Translations under genes and position numbers: made by a program
Shown: positions 27,297 through 39,300 of the stretch, one piece after another
How positions within the stretch are numbered: position 1 is the stretch's first letter
Layout: the number at the start of each line of letters is the position of its first letter
The notes under the pieces: model-generated
The model's database searches: none
Told to the model about the DNA's origin: nothing
The model's input: only the letters and a program-made list of their open reading frames with translations
Source: Eledone cirrhosa
Lineage: Eukaryota
Length of the DNA: 64,000 bases
Direction: 5' to 3'
Assembly: GCA_964016885.1 (NCBI GenBank)
Contig: OZ024742.1
Coordinates: forward strand, 287,494,001 to 287,558,000

Positions 27297-27441
27297 TTTT
27301 TCTGAAGACGGCATATGTATGTGTTGGTATGTATATTATATTTGATAATTTGTATAATTTTGTATAATTTTGTACATAGATCTGTTGAATATGCATACCA
27401 ATTCTAACACATATATGTCCTAGAAACGATCGTTAAATAAT
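27297..27441 (+). ncRNA. Type I hammerhead ribozyme with extended stem II, in an inverted-repeat PLE-like end
   Basis: CTGAAGA (27302), long stem II GGCATATGTATGTGTTGG/TAACACATATATGTCC, then GAAAC-GATC-GTT-AAATAAT. The inverted copy supplies ATTATTT-CTGAAGA, complementary to AAATAAT. Confidence 0.7.
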
Positions 27442-27498
27442 GAACTTTTTTTGTTTAATATAAGGAACTGTTTCATTGTTTTATTCATTATTTTTTTA

Positions 27499-27541
<43 letters not shown>

Positions 27542-27804
27542 TTGTGTGTTGGTAATATACCAACACACACACACACATATATGTACATATATATATATAT
27601 ATACACATGCGCGCGTGTGTGTGTTGGTAATATACGTAATACAATGATTTACACTCATGCTCATAAAGCAACATTTACAGACATACAACTGAGCAGTCAG
27701 GCAAATGGGGAGGCATACACATGCATATATCACTGAAACAAACAGACATTATATAAGGTATACGAGATCCCTTCAGAATTGGTCCTCCCCTATACACACA
27801 CACA

Positions 27805-28463
27805 AACTCACAGTTGGGTGCGGATGCATTCATGTATATGTGTGTGTCCGCATGTATCTGTGTGTTTCTAAATATATTGTTAATAACTCCCTCTGGTCGA
27901 GCAACCTTTGAAGTGTGGGGACTGTTGGAAAGATTCCATTACTCATACTTCTCGTCTCCTTCACCACCTCTTCTACGGCTTCGATATAAATACCCCCTCC
28001 GCCTCCGTGGTATTTTCTTCGGGGTTATAAGAGGCTTAGCTCTGTTTCTCGACCGTTATATCGCGTGACTATCTCCCCCTCCGCCTTTTGGGATTCTTTC
28101 TCACGTCGTGTAGACGCGTTCTTGAGACTAGTAAAATGAGGTATCCTCTTGATAAGTCGGCAGACCTCGCAAGGACTCTATATCTTTATGATGTATTGTT
28201 TTTGTTTATGCCACGAAACTACGTAGTCGAGGAATCTAGGAGCAGTTTAGGTATGATACATTTTATTACTAATTATATCTAAATGTTTCTTCTCTCTTCA
28301 TAATGTATTTTTAACTCTGATACTGGTTCAGTCTAGTTCAACCGGATTGGTCTGTCCCAGTCATTCATTGAGCAACATCGGTGAAGTTGGCACCCTTAAC
28401 TCACAGTTGGGTGCGGATGCATTCATGTATAGTGTGTGTCCGCATGTATCTGTGTGTTTCTAA

Positions 28464-28470
<7 letters not shown>
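27805..28470 (+). mobile_element. Non-coding HHR-bearing element with about 74-bp terminal direct repeats (unit 593 bp)
   Basis: Direct repeats at 27805-27878 and 28398-28470. Flanked by (CA)n and (TA)n. Confidence 0.75.
28144..28233 (+). ncRNA. Mutated type I hammerhead
   Basis: TCCTC-TTGATAA-GTCGGCA...TGCCAC-GAAAC-TACGTA-GTC-GAGGA. Stems and the GUC site are intact, but the core has two changes from CUGAUGA. Confidence 0.55.
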
Positions 28471-28503
<33 letters not shown>

Positions 28504-29084
28504 TGTGTGTGAGTGTGTGTGTGTACGTATGTATGTATATATATACAGAGAGAGAGGGGGGGTTTAAACAAGAGTCAACGTGTTCCAATAATTGATTGCT
28601 GTTGGGGTAACGGATCTGCTAAAAGACAACCCATCACTTGTCATTGTTGGTGGATGCACCAGTAAAAACGGTGAGCTTTCTCTGGACACATTTGAATTTT
28701 ATCTGAACACAGACAGAGGCATTAATAATATGGTAATATTTTGATGTCAGGTCAAAAGTATACTGTGTTGTGTGTGTCAGTAAATAATTATTTTCTAATA
28801 AAATATGATTTGGTTTTAAAGAGTGAAGTATTTTCATTTTTAGGAAAAGTCACTGGGAACAGTTAGATTTAATATTTTCACCACTGAAGTTTCGTATTAA
28901 AATGGCGATGAGATGTCAGTGTAGTGGTTTTTATTCTAGACTAAGTAAGATCGTTGTTCCTGTATTGTAACATTGTGAAATATTAGTTGAGACTTTGTTC
29001 CCAAATAAAAGACGATGAAAATAACTAAATTGATGAAAGATGCTGATTGACTGGAGAAATGTATAAACCTAAGACAGATTGAGT

Positions 29085-29400
29085 TTTTAGTTAGTTAGTT
29101 ATCCCAGGTAGGAGCTCAGCCTAACAAACTAAGCCCATTTTCCACATTTCTCTGTCCACCATTTCAGTTTCAGGATATATTCCATCCAGTATCCTCCTTC
29201 ACGTTGTCAATGTATGTGACATGACATTCATAATTATTCCCTCTCTGTAACTTGGGTCCCTCTCGACCAGCTTTAGCACTTCATTTTCAGGATACCGTAC
29301 ATAATGTTCAGATAGAAGAAGCCGACGTACTCTGATTTATTTATGTTTGCGAAGTTTCTACACAGGGTTTTGTGTGCCATGTGAGATTTAGACAACGGAT
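29085..29400 (-). pseudogene. Old RTE-like LINE 3' fragment with (AACT)n tail
   Basis: Minus strand gives TYIDNVKEDTG...MVDREMW, followed by a short AACT repeat. Confidence 0.45.
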
Positions 29401-30413
29401 AAAAGTACAATGCTCTATAATCAAATTAACAGACGAAGTAAAATTGACCTTGGTTTAGTGTATTTTGATATATAGTGTATAATATAAATGTGGTGTGGTA
29501 GCAAGGCGGGTATTATGGGTTGAAATTTAGTTGCACGGTTTCTCAATGAGAAAGAGAGAAACTCGTTGCTTTCTAACTGCACTAGAAATACCTTAACACA
29601 GAACTATAGACAAATAAAAAGTATAAACAATATGCAGACCTGCCAACCTCTAAAAACCCAAACTGGGAGTACCTTGAAAAAAGTGCCCCAAAACGGGGAG
29701 AAATGAGGCAGAATGGGGAGATTTTAGATAATGAAAGCTATACCCATTTTCACAAGAGAAGACATCTCTTAACCACTTCAAAGTGGGTAGGAGATTCCCC
29801 ATCAGACGGGGCGGGTTGACAGGTCTGAATATGGGTTTAAGCAAAAGACAGGAAAATTAAAGTGGAAAACTTCAGGCAAAATATTGCTCATGTACGAGAT
29901 TACTGTAAAACATTGGATAGAGATAGTTATTGTAAAAAATATAACAAATAAACTATATACTTAAGACTATTTAGATTAGATTTGAAAGTTTAGTGCAGCA
30001 GAGGTCATTTTATTAAGAACTAAAGAAGATATTTGTATCTGAGATATTGGAGGATATTGGTGAGCTGAAGAAAAACATCGAATGACAAATCGATAAACGT
30101 GATTAAGCCAGTCATATTTCTGTATGTTAAAACATATTAAAACGTAATTATTAGGAGTCATACTTATCTACCTCACAGCACGAACAGATAAAAGTACACA
30201 TAATCAAAAGGTGACTAGTTTATCTAGCAGATATTTTGTTTCCTCAATCCACTTGTATTACCTTATTTAGTAAATTTATATCTGCATATACACGGTACAG
30301 AGTTTAGCTGTGACATTTAATATACATCTTATTTGTGGCTAGGTTATCGTGCCCAACCAAACCTTTAACATTTCATGTTTGTTGTTGGTCATCCACAACA
30401 CAGATATCAAATT

Positions 30414-30468
30414 TCTTCTTCTTCTTCTTCTTCTTCTTCTTCTTCTTCTTCTTCTTCTTCTTCTTCTT

Positions 30469-30499
<31 letters not shown>

Positions 30500-30700
30500 A
30501 TGCTGGGGAGCGTCATGAGGGCAAAGTCTTCAAACACTCCTTTAAGCGGGTCCTATCAGAAGCACCCATTTCCAACTTATCCGGCTGGATCCCCAAGCGA
30601 GACCAGCCGAGCTTATGGATGTTATCCAACCGTCTTGCTCGGGGTCTACACCTGGGTCTCCTACCGGTTGGTTTTGCCCGTAAAATCTGTCCGTAACCAC
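30414..30700 (-). mobile_element. RTE-like LINE 3' end with (GAA)n tail
   Basis: Homologous to 12155-12432 (AKPTGRRPRCRPRARRLDNIHKLGWSRLGIQP). Confidence 0.8.
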
Positions 30701-31099
30701 ATGCCCATAGTATTGGAGTTGTGATCTGATATCAAATTTAAATGAAAAAAAAAAAAAAATAGGGCGGAAGTTAACACAATAATGTTCCTAGTTTTAACTT
30801 AGTGAAGCATGCACCTGTATCTTATCAATGAACAAACAAGGAGTGGTAAATTATCATATACTTGCTTTCTATTGAAGTTTTCCCTCCTGTCTTTCTCTCG
30901 TGCATATATTAATATTGCACTTACAGGATAGATTAGTGGATGATATTTAAGTATTTCAACACGAGTGAATGGGGGACGGTTGCTATGAACATGTGATATA
31001 CGGGTATACTGGATATATTCATGCATGTATGTATGTATGTATGTATGTATGTATGTATGTATGTATGTATGTATGTATGTATGTATGTATGTATGTATG

Positions 31100-31631
31100 T
31101 CGTGTCACTCTTGACTGCTGCTGGTAACATGTAACCCAGTACAACCTGTCGCATGGTCGGGTCGTCGGCGACTAAAACGGCAACCCCACCAAGTTTACTT
31201 GGTGAGGAGGGTGATTTTGGACATCCTGCAGGACTAAAACAAAACCTGACAAAGGGTGGAAGAACTCATAAGAATCAACGGCCATCCGAAAGTGTGTAAA
31301 TATGTATACACATGTACCGCGCGGTTAAACCACTGGGAGTGAAGGACCCCTAGCCTTTGTCAGGGCATTCTTCTAGGAGAAGGCAACTCAGGAAACTGGG
31401 ATAACTCCGATATAAAACCTGCGGCTCAGTAGTTACCGATGATGTTGATCTTTTCTTCTTTTCGGGTTATAGCTACTGTCGCTCAGAGAGTGGGATTGGC
31501 TCAGTGCGCAGTCTTTCCTCACTTTAAAAAATATCTTCACGCACAAGCATTGCACAATACCATTAATTGATAATTATTAATAATGGTATATCGTGCAATG
31601 GCCATACTCGATAACGAGGGAGCAGCCATCA
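31100..31631 (+). mobile_element. Bipartite RTE-derived element, subfamily B (near full length)
   Basis: The 5' part aligns with 11759-11400(-) and the 3' part with 1473-1600. Lies between (TATG)n tracts. Confidence 0.85.
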
Positions 31632-31710
31632 TGTATGTATGTATGTATATGAGTTGTGTTATACGTACAGGTATACGTACACAGGCATGTTTGTATGCAT
31701 TTAAATGTAT

Positions 31711-31776
<66 letters not shown>

Positions 31777-31780
<4 letters not shown>

Positions 31781-32196
31781 TATGTACACGTACATACATA
31801 TATGTATACCGACGTACAGTAGTATGTATATATATATATACATACATGCACACATATATATATGCACGTATGGATTCACCGAAAAGGTATACGTTGCTGA
31901 CGATAGCTAACAAGCTTGAAACTAGTACAGCGTTCCTTTGTCAGTGTTGAACAAACGAGCAACGGTGGTTGCTAGACACTACGGTTTAATACGGGATGTT
32001 TGTTTACAAACACACCGAGCATTATAATAAATGTTCGGTGAATCCATACGTGCATATATATATGTGTGCATGTATGTATATATATATATACATACTACTG
32101 TACGTCGGTATACATATATGTATGTACGTGTACATACTTATATTTAAGTAACAGCCGTACTAAGAGTGGGAAATGAAATATCGTTTCATTTTTTCC

Positions 32197-32200
<4 letters not shown>
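31777..32200 (+). mobile_element. Non-autonomous PLE-type element with inverted 5' repeat, in (TA)n
   Basis: 31777-31882 is the reverse complement of 32034-32140. It contains an HHR and belongs to the same family as 43054-43898. Confidence 0.85.
31891..31933 (+). ncRNA. Type I hammerhead ribozyme (minimal, palindromic stem III)
   Basis: ACGTTG-CTGACGA-t-AGCT-aaca-AGCT-t-GAAAC-TA-GTA-CAGCGT. Confidence 0.85.
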
Positions 32201-32268
<68 letters not shown>

Positions 32269-32304
32269 ATATATATATATGTATATATATATAACTGTTT
32301 CTAC

Positions 32305-32725
32305 TTTTGGCACAAGGCCAGCAATCACCCACTACATTACTGGTACTTTATTTTATCTACCCCGTAAGGATGAAAGGCAAAGTTAACCTCGGCTGGATTT
32401 GAACTCAGACCATAAAGGGCCGTAACTCTATGCATCAAAGCATGACGTCTGAGCCTCTACCGATAATGCTTTATGGTATTCGTTCCAGCTCTCTACGCTC
32501 TGAGTTCAAATCCCACCGAGGTCAACTTTGCCTTTCAAGGTCGATAAAAAAAGTACCAGTCGATTCTTCCTCAATATCTCTTTCTCTGTCACTTTCTATC
32601 TTTCTTTGAAAGAAATCTGCTGTACTTAGGCCAGGAGGGGGGGGTGGGCTCTACCAGGCTTTAAACAATGCCCAAGAAACGCCGTATGTCAATACGACGC
32701 GACTCTATCATGAGTTACAGGACCA
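32305..32725. mobile_element. Two SINE family 1 copies, head to head (- then +)
   Basis: GGATGAAAGGCAAAGTTAACCTCGG (about 32368) and CCGAGGTCAACTTTGCCTTTC (about 32516). The second copy carries the extra 3' module. Confidence 0.75.
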
Positions 32726-32941
32726 TATATATAAATCTTTCCCTGAGTTCAGTCTTTTTCGTAGCTATGGCAATGCGGCTGGACTACCGGTCGCTATATT
32801 TGATTTGCAAAGCTATCTAAACATATTGTTATAACTCTGGGGTATTATTCTCCATCGAGTGCTAAAGCTACATTCCGAATCTGCATTCATTAGCTTAGCC
32901 GCAGCCTAAAGCTTCGTTAATGGTGTACTAACATTTTTATG

Positions 32942-33026
<85 letters not shown>

Positions 33027-33035
33027 ATATATATG

Positions 33036-33076
<41 letters not shown>

Positions 33077-33639
33077 CTACACACATATATATAATAAAGT
33101 TACTCACGAAAAACAAAACAAAAACAACCAAGTGTGTGTGTTTGTGTGTATAATTATATATATATATATTTGCTTGCTAGTTTATCCATTTCTTTTATAA
33201 ATGACCTTCTTAATGAGTTAATAGTGTTTTAGTCAGTTTACTATATAGAAAAGCCTAATCCCCAGTGGGCACAATTACTCAGCAGACATAATGGAGTATA
33301 CTATCACAGGCGATATGAAAGGGAACTCCTTACTAATCGTCTACAGCGGTTATTTCACAGCCTTTTTCAACAGATGTCTATGTGTGTTTGTGTGTGTGTT
33401 AGTGTGTGTGTGTGGGGGGTGGGGTATGTATGTGTGTTTGTGTGTTTGGTTGGTTGTATGTGTGTGTGTTTGTGTATGAGACTATGTGTGTGTGTTTGTG
33501 TGTATTTGTGTGTGTTTGTGTGTGTGGATATCATGAACCTATACTTTTTTTTCATTGATACAAGCCCTTGCTGTGTGTGTGTGTGAGGGGGGGGGCGCTC
33601 TTTAACATGCAGAATCTCAGACGAAAGACGTCTCGTGAT

Positions 33640-33855
33640 CCCAGCGGTCAGAATGGAGAAAAAGTTACCCCGGATGATGGTGAGAAAGACGTATTGAAAT
33701 AGCCATTCCAACTGGTGAGGCACATTCGCGTCAGTGGCCAAAATCTGCTCCGATAGCAGTGAGTAGGGATCTAGTACGGAGACCAAAACCCCTGGAAATC
33801 TATACCGCTACAGGTTCAACGATAAATCTCTCGGAAAGGTGCCAATACTTCCACA
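33640..33855 (-). pseudogene. CRE-clade non-LTR retrotransposon restriction-like endonuclease C-terminus
   Basis: KYWHLSERFIVEPVAV*ISRGFGLRTRSLLTAIG...LEWLFQYVFLTIIRGNFFSIL resembles the CRE pattern KY..L...F.P.AVET.G..G.....FL.QR.S....RGNA.SIL. Confidence 0.65.
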
Positions 33856-33894
33856 ACTTGTCATGCAACGAAACCTGGGTCTGTCGTCGAATAT

Positions 33895-34135
33895 GGAGGT
33901 GCGTGGCCTAGTGGTAATGGTGTTGGACTTACGATCATAATGTCGTGGGTTCGATTCTTGGGCTGGGTTGCGTGTTGTGTTCTTGAGCAAAACACTTCAT
34001 TTCACGTTGTTCCAGTATACTCAGCTGAAAATAAATACCAGCAATAGCTGGGAGTTTATCCCTGCGATGGACTGGCGTCCTGTCCAGAGGTAAATCTTAT
34101 ACCCTCAGTCGCTTCACGCCATGAAACCGGGATAA
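33895..34135 (+). mobile_element. tRNA-derived SINE family 2
   Basis: GGAGGTGCGTGGCCTAGTGG (A box) ... GGTTCGATTC (B box) ... CCCTGCGATGGACTGGCGTCCTGTCCAG body. Confidence 0.85.
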
Positions 34136-35239
34136 GACAGACTTTTATTTAGACGTCGAATGTACTTGGTTGATTCTGAAGAAAGTATCGCTACATATTG
34201 CATCCCAAATGAGGGGCTTAACACCTTGGAACGGGAAGATCGTGATGCCATCTAGCCTTTTACCGTCCCCTCGGTCCAAACCCTACTGGTCCGAGCTTTG
34301 AAGGGAACCCAGTGGTGTCTCCAAGAAATGCTTAATGACCACAAATCTATTCAACTATTTTATAGTTAATCTTCATTGTGACAGCTTTACAAATATTTAA
34401 CATAGCCTCAAATGTTTCAGTATACAATATATATTGACATTCCCATACAAGTTTATTAATAAGTTTCTGTATGACGTCAAGTCTTTTCGTTAGATTACGG
34501 CAGTCGTTCGTTTCATTTATGCAGATGATGAGCAGACAATTTCAACATGAGTCACTTTAAGTCAACACACCTCCAGATATATTGTCAACTTCTCCCCCAT
34601 TAACCCTGCTAACAACTTCCTATTCTACACATGGAACACAATGCTGGTTGCAAGACGCAATTTATCACGTACGCTAAAACTGGAAGTTTATCATTATCAT
34701 TATCATCATCATCATCATCATCATTATTATTATCATTATCATTATTATTATTATCGTTCTCATTATTATTTTGTGCATTATCACTGCATTAACGAGCGCA
34801 TCTCTGTGCATTTTGGGTGTGTGCAGTGTGGTTTTTGGTAGTGTTGTTTCTATTGTATTGAGACTAACCTTCCTAATGTGTGTGGTGCCTAGTTGAGCTA
34901 TTTTTTATACGCGATATATTTTCTGTGTTTGGTTTTCCTAAATGTTCAAAGAATTTCCAAACGGTCTGGTGTTGTATATAGAATTCTCTTTACATACAAA
35001 GTTGTTCGTATAGCTAGCTAATTAATGTCAGCAGTGACGTTCACTGCCTCTGTCTAATACGTAAACAGTGAAACAGAGGATTAATACCAATGCAAACAGC
35101 TTTTGAATGTCGAATCAAATCCCTTCGATAACATCTACTAATCAACAAAGGTAGAAGCTGATCCCTGGAGCAAGTCTGTCAACAAAAGACAGATAACGTC
35201 ATGGTAGTTGAGGAGGAGATTTTTGAGAACTATTTCTTG

Positions 35240-35520
35240 AGTCTTCTTCTTCTTCTTCTTTTTCTTTTTCTTTTTCTTTTTCTTTTTCTTTTTCTTTTTC
35301 TTTTTCTTTCTCTTCATCTTCTTCTTCTTGAGAGGGTCCTGTCAGAAGTAGCTGTCACCAACTGATCCGGCTGGATCCCCAAGTGAGACAGCCAAGCTCA
35401 TGGATGTTATCCAACTATCTTGCTCGGGGTCTACCTCTGGATCTCTTGCAGATTGGATTTGCCCGTAAAATCTGTCCAGCAATTCTTTCCTGAGACATTC
35501 TGAACACATGCTCTGAATGA
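35240..35520 (-). mobile_element. RTE-like LINE 3' end with (GAA)/(GAAAAA) tail
   Basis: Homologous to 30414-30700. Confidence 0.75.
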
Positions 35521-35892
35521 TAACCAAAAATACACATCCATGAAATTTTTTACCTGCATTACTGCAACGAATCAGTATATGAAACATTGTGTTTATCAGC
35601 AGAAATTTATCCGTAGTTATATTGTTAGAAAGCTTCAAAGTGACAGTAATATAAATAACTAAAGTGTCAAAATTAAATATCGCCCCACTACAGCTGAGGT
35701 TAAAATAAGCTAGAACCTTATATATTTCTGCTTATGTTTATGAGCTGATGAAACTCATTTGCACACGGAGTGGTAGCCGGCCGGGTCCTTTCGCTATGCA
35801 TTTTTAAAGTTGTGACAAACGTCACACACCTGACATCAGCAACGATAGGGGGAAGTAATCGACAAAGCATCGTTTAGGTAGAATAATAGATA

Positions 35893-36052
35893 ACTTTCTT
35901 TTTATTTGCCACCAGGGCATCAAAGAGTGGGACAAGTACAATGGGGGGAGTTTACATAAAAAGGCGTCCTCACCAAGGAGGAGGCAATAACAAAATATAA
36001 AAATATAAAATATAAATTATAACAAAAATAAATTGAATAATAAAATCCTCAA
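35893..36052 (-). mobile_element. Tx1-like 3'-end-only insertion with 18-bp TSD
   Basis: Resembles the 3' UTR at 36304-36420. TAGGTAGAATAATAGATA is duplicated at 35875-35892 and 36053-36070. Confidence 0.7.
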
Positions 36053-36303
36053 TAGGTAGAATAATAGATAGCTAGCTAAATAGATATGTAGGTAGGAAGG
36101 AAGGTAGCTAGGTAGGAAGGTAGGTAGGAAAGTGGGTAGGTAAGTACATAGGTAGATAGGTAGGTAGGAAAGTGGGTAGCTAGGTATGATAATAGATAGT
36201 TAAACTGATAGAGAGATAGATATGTAGATAGGAAGGAAGGAAGGTGGGTAGGAGGGTAGGTAGGTAGATAGATAGGTGGGTAGGTAGAATAATAGAAAGA
36301 TAA

Positions 36304-39300
36304 ATTTCTTTATTAGCCAAAAGGGCACAAAAGAAGGGGACAAATACAAATGAGGAGTTTACATACAGGTATATGAAAATAAAACTATTAATAAAATAAC
36401 AAATAACAATTGAAATCCCCAATAGGGGGGGGGGCGTTACACAGAGGTTGTACACACCCCGAAAAAATGTACAACCCTGAACTCCAGGAGCACCAAGAGT
36501 GAGTACTCCCCTCCTCTCTTCCTCTTTTTCCTCAACCTGCAGGCTTATATAGAGAGAAGGTCCAACCACTCGGGCCATCTTTGCCACATTCACCCACCTT
36601 TTATAAAATTTGCTGGGGTACAGCACCTCTCTCTCCATCCTCATTCTTCTTCCAAAATGATATTTGAAAAAACGAATCAGTTGCTCGCCGGGGAGTAAGG
36701 TGTCTGACCTCAGCCCTGTTAACCTCGTCCACTATATAACCTCTTTCACCATAGCCATAACACATAGGAAAACCGCCTCTCACTCGTTTTTGAAGGAGGG
36801 TGGCGGTTTGATCATGGCAATGGATTCGGTGGTCAACTGGATTGGTCCCAGCCGCGACAATAGTCGTTCTACATAGATGCAAAGGTCGGTAACGCCCGGG
36901 CAGTGTACAAATGCGTGCGCGACGGTTTCCTCATCGCGCACGCATCTCGGACAGATCTTTTTCGAAGGGTCCCTGCCCGGGCGACGTGTCTGTAGAGCTT
37001 GATTCGAACTGGTAGAGCTCCTCGGTAGCACTGCCAGGCCAGGGACTTTTGGAAGTTGTCCATTGGTCCCGGGCGGAAGGTCCTACCGAACAGACTGGCT
37101 AGTTCGTCCTCCTCTACGCCTAGAGTTTCTCCAAGTACGTCGTCGCACTTGCTGCGGACCAACCCTCTATAGAATGTCGAAGTGGAGTCTCCACTGATCG
37201 CCGGGTCTGTTTGCCAGAGGACTGTGAGCGCCTGAGCACGTTCGATGTGCCAGTCGCCCATTGCCAGTCGCCCATTTTCCTCGGTCTTTGCTTGACCCAG
37301 GACTGCAGCTCGGTCAGCGAGATGAGTCGTGGGAAGGCTCGCCTCACGAACGGGGCCCACACCGGTTGTCCGGTGAGGAATCCGTGGAGGTGCCGCAGTC
37401 TGAGCGCGTGTTTGCGCATCGTCAGCGACGGCATCCCCAGCCCTCCGTTTGAAGGGTGTTGGCAGCAGATGGATCTTCTCACCAAAGGAGCCCGTTTCTT
37501 CTAAAGGAATTGGAAGAGCGCGCGTTCCATTTTGGAGAGCATTTTGGCTGGACAAGGCACGACGGTCAAGCGGTAGTAGATGACGGACGCTAAAAAAGTG
37601 TTCGCCATCTCCGCTCGACCTTTCAAGGATAGTTTGCAGTCGGCCCACTTCTGGGTGAGTGCAAACACCTTGGCCGTCACCTCGTTCTAGTTCTTCTCCA
37701 CCTGGAGGTCTGGACCAAACCAGACCCCGAGCAGCTTTACCGGTCCTTCCGTCCAGCGTCCGACGACGCCATCGGTTTGCCTCCACGTTCCGAGTTGCAA
37801 ACCGACGGATTTGTCCCGGTTCAGCTTCGCTCCTGTGAACCTTTTGTATTCCTCCAGTAAGGTGCCGATCTCCCCGATTTGCGAGGTGCTCGACACCATT
37901 ACTGTTACGTCGTCGGCGTAGGCCGACGCCGCTTTTCGAAGTCCCGGTTCCAGAGGGATGCCCTGTAATAGCTCCAACTTCAGCAGTAGTGGCTCGAGAG
38001 TCAGTACGTACAGAAGGGAGGAGAGAGAGCATCCCCGTCGGATGGGTCGCGTGATATGGAACGGATCCGAGAGGTAGCCGTTGACCTTGACCCTTGAGCA
38101 GATATTGCTGCTGTGTATTGCAGCAATCGAGCCCCTCAACACGGGTCTGAAGCCTGCCGCCTCGAGCACCGCATCCAGGTAACGATGGTCAACCCTATCG
38201 AAAGCCTTAGACTGATCCAAGTTGATCAGCGCCCCACCGAAGTTGATCAGGGCCCCATCCTACCCTCTCTATGATGTATTGCATGAGGTGGAGGTTGTCG
38301 TGTATGGACCTGGTTGGGATTGCGCATGTCTGCGCTTCTCCCACCAGGTTTTCGACGACAAGCGCCAGCCTCTTTGCCAACACCTTGGCCAAAATCTGTA
38401 ACTCTGTGTTTAGCAGGGTTATGGGCCGGAAGTTGCTTATGTCATCACCCTTATTCTCGCCCTTCCTGACTAACGTGACTACGCCCTTGGTCACAGAACT
38501 GGGAATTCTCCCGTTCTGATGCCAGTTGCAGTAGACCGCTTCCAGGAGACCGAAGAACAAGTCTGACATTGTTACGTAAAATTCGTAGGGTAGATCGTCG
38601 AGACCTGGAGATTTGCGTTTGCCGTATTGGCTCAGCGCGTCCCCTATCTCAGCGGCCGAAATCGGCCTTTCGCAGAACTTCGCCTCGCTGTCCGAGAGTC
38701 GCGGTAGGCCGTCGAGGTATGGACCGAAATCCAAAGCCTCTCCCGGCGCGCCGCCCTGCCCGAACAGTTGAGGAAAGTGCCGCTGAAAGGCCGCGCACAT
38801 CTGCTTCGGCTCACGTATCACGCGTCCGTTTTGGTCCTTCAAAGACTGAATCGTGGACTTGTTGCCACTTTTCGCCTCCGTCACTCGGGCCCAGTTAACA
38901 ACTTTGGCTTCCTCGTTTCCCAGAGCACGTATTTTGCTTCTGACAACGCAGCATTCATTCTTTGCGTCGAAGAACTGGTCCAAGGCCGTTCTCGTCGCTA
39001 ACACTGGCTACGTTGCCACTCGTAAGTGCCTCTTCTACTTTATCTACCAGTTCCTTTTCGGTTTTAGTTCTATCTAACACTAATTCTTTACTAAAACCTA
39101 TCGAGTCTAATCTAACTGCACTCTTGAGAGAGTACCACCAACTGTTGTTGACAATGGCCCCCTCAAGTGCTGCTTAACTAAAGTGCTAATCCGTCTACTG
39201 TAAGCTTTGTATGTCGGTAACGACAAGTTCAGCGTCCAGTAGCCGAGTCCCTGTCTATGGGTTTTGTCAAGGTTGACTAAGCAGGTCACTAATTTGTGAT

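Noticed and set aside
26484-27367. Poly-T/P/G/V and proline-rich extensin-like ORFs
   Set aside because: Products of trinucleotide and minisatellite repeats, open in several frames.
32730-32930. Very degenerate HHR-like folds (also about 5360-5395 and 55398-55447, minus strand)
   Set aside because: The core has multiple mismatches and stem I or III is unconvincing. Possibly relics, but unsupported.
33895-33970. tRNA gene
   Set aside because: A and B boxes are present but continue into a SINE body. No clean cloverleaf.
35740-35760. CTGATGA boxes here and at about 2167, 25908, 42500 and 51110
   Set aside because: No correctly placed stem II, GAAA or NUH, so not called hammerheads.
36869-38032. 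387-aa ORF as a separate gene
   Set aside because: Mostly an alternative frame of the frameshifted Tx1 ORF2.
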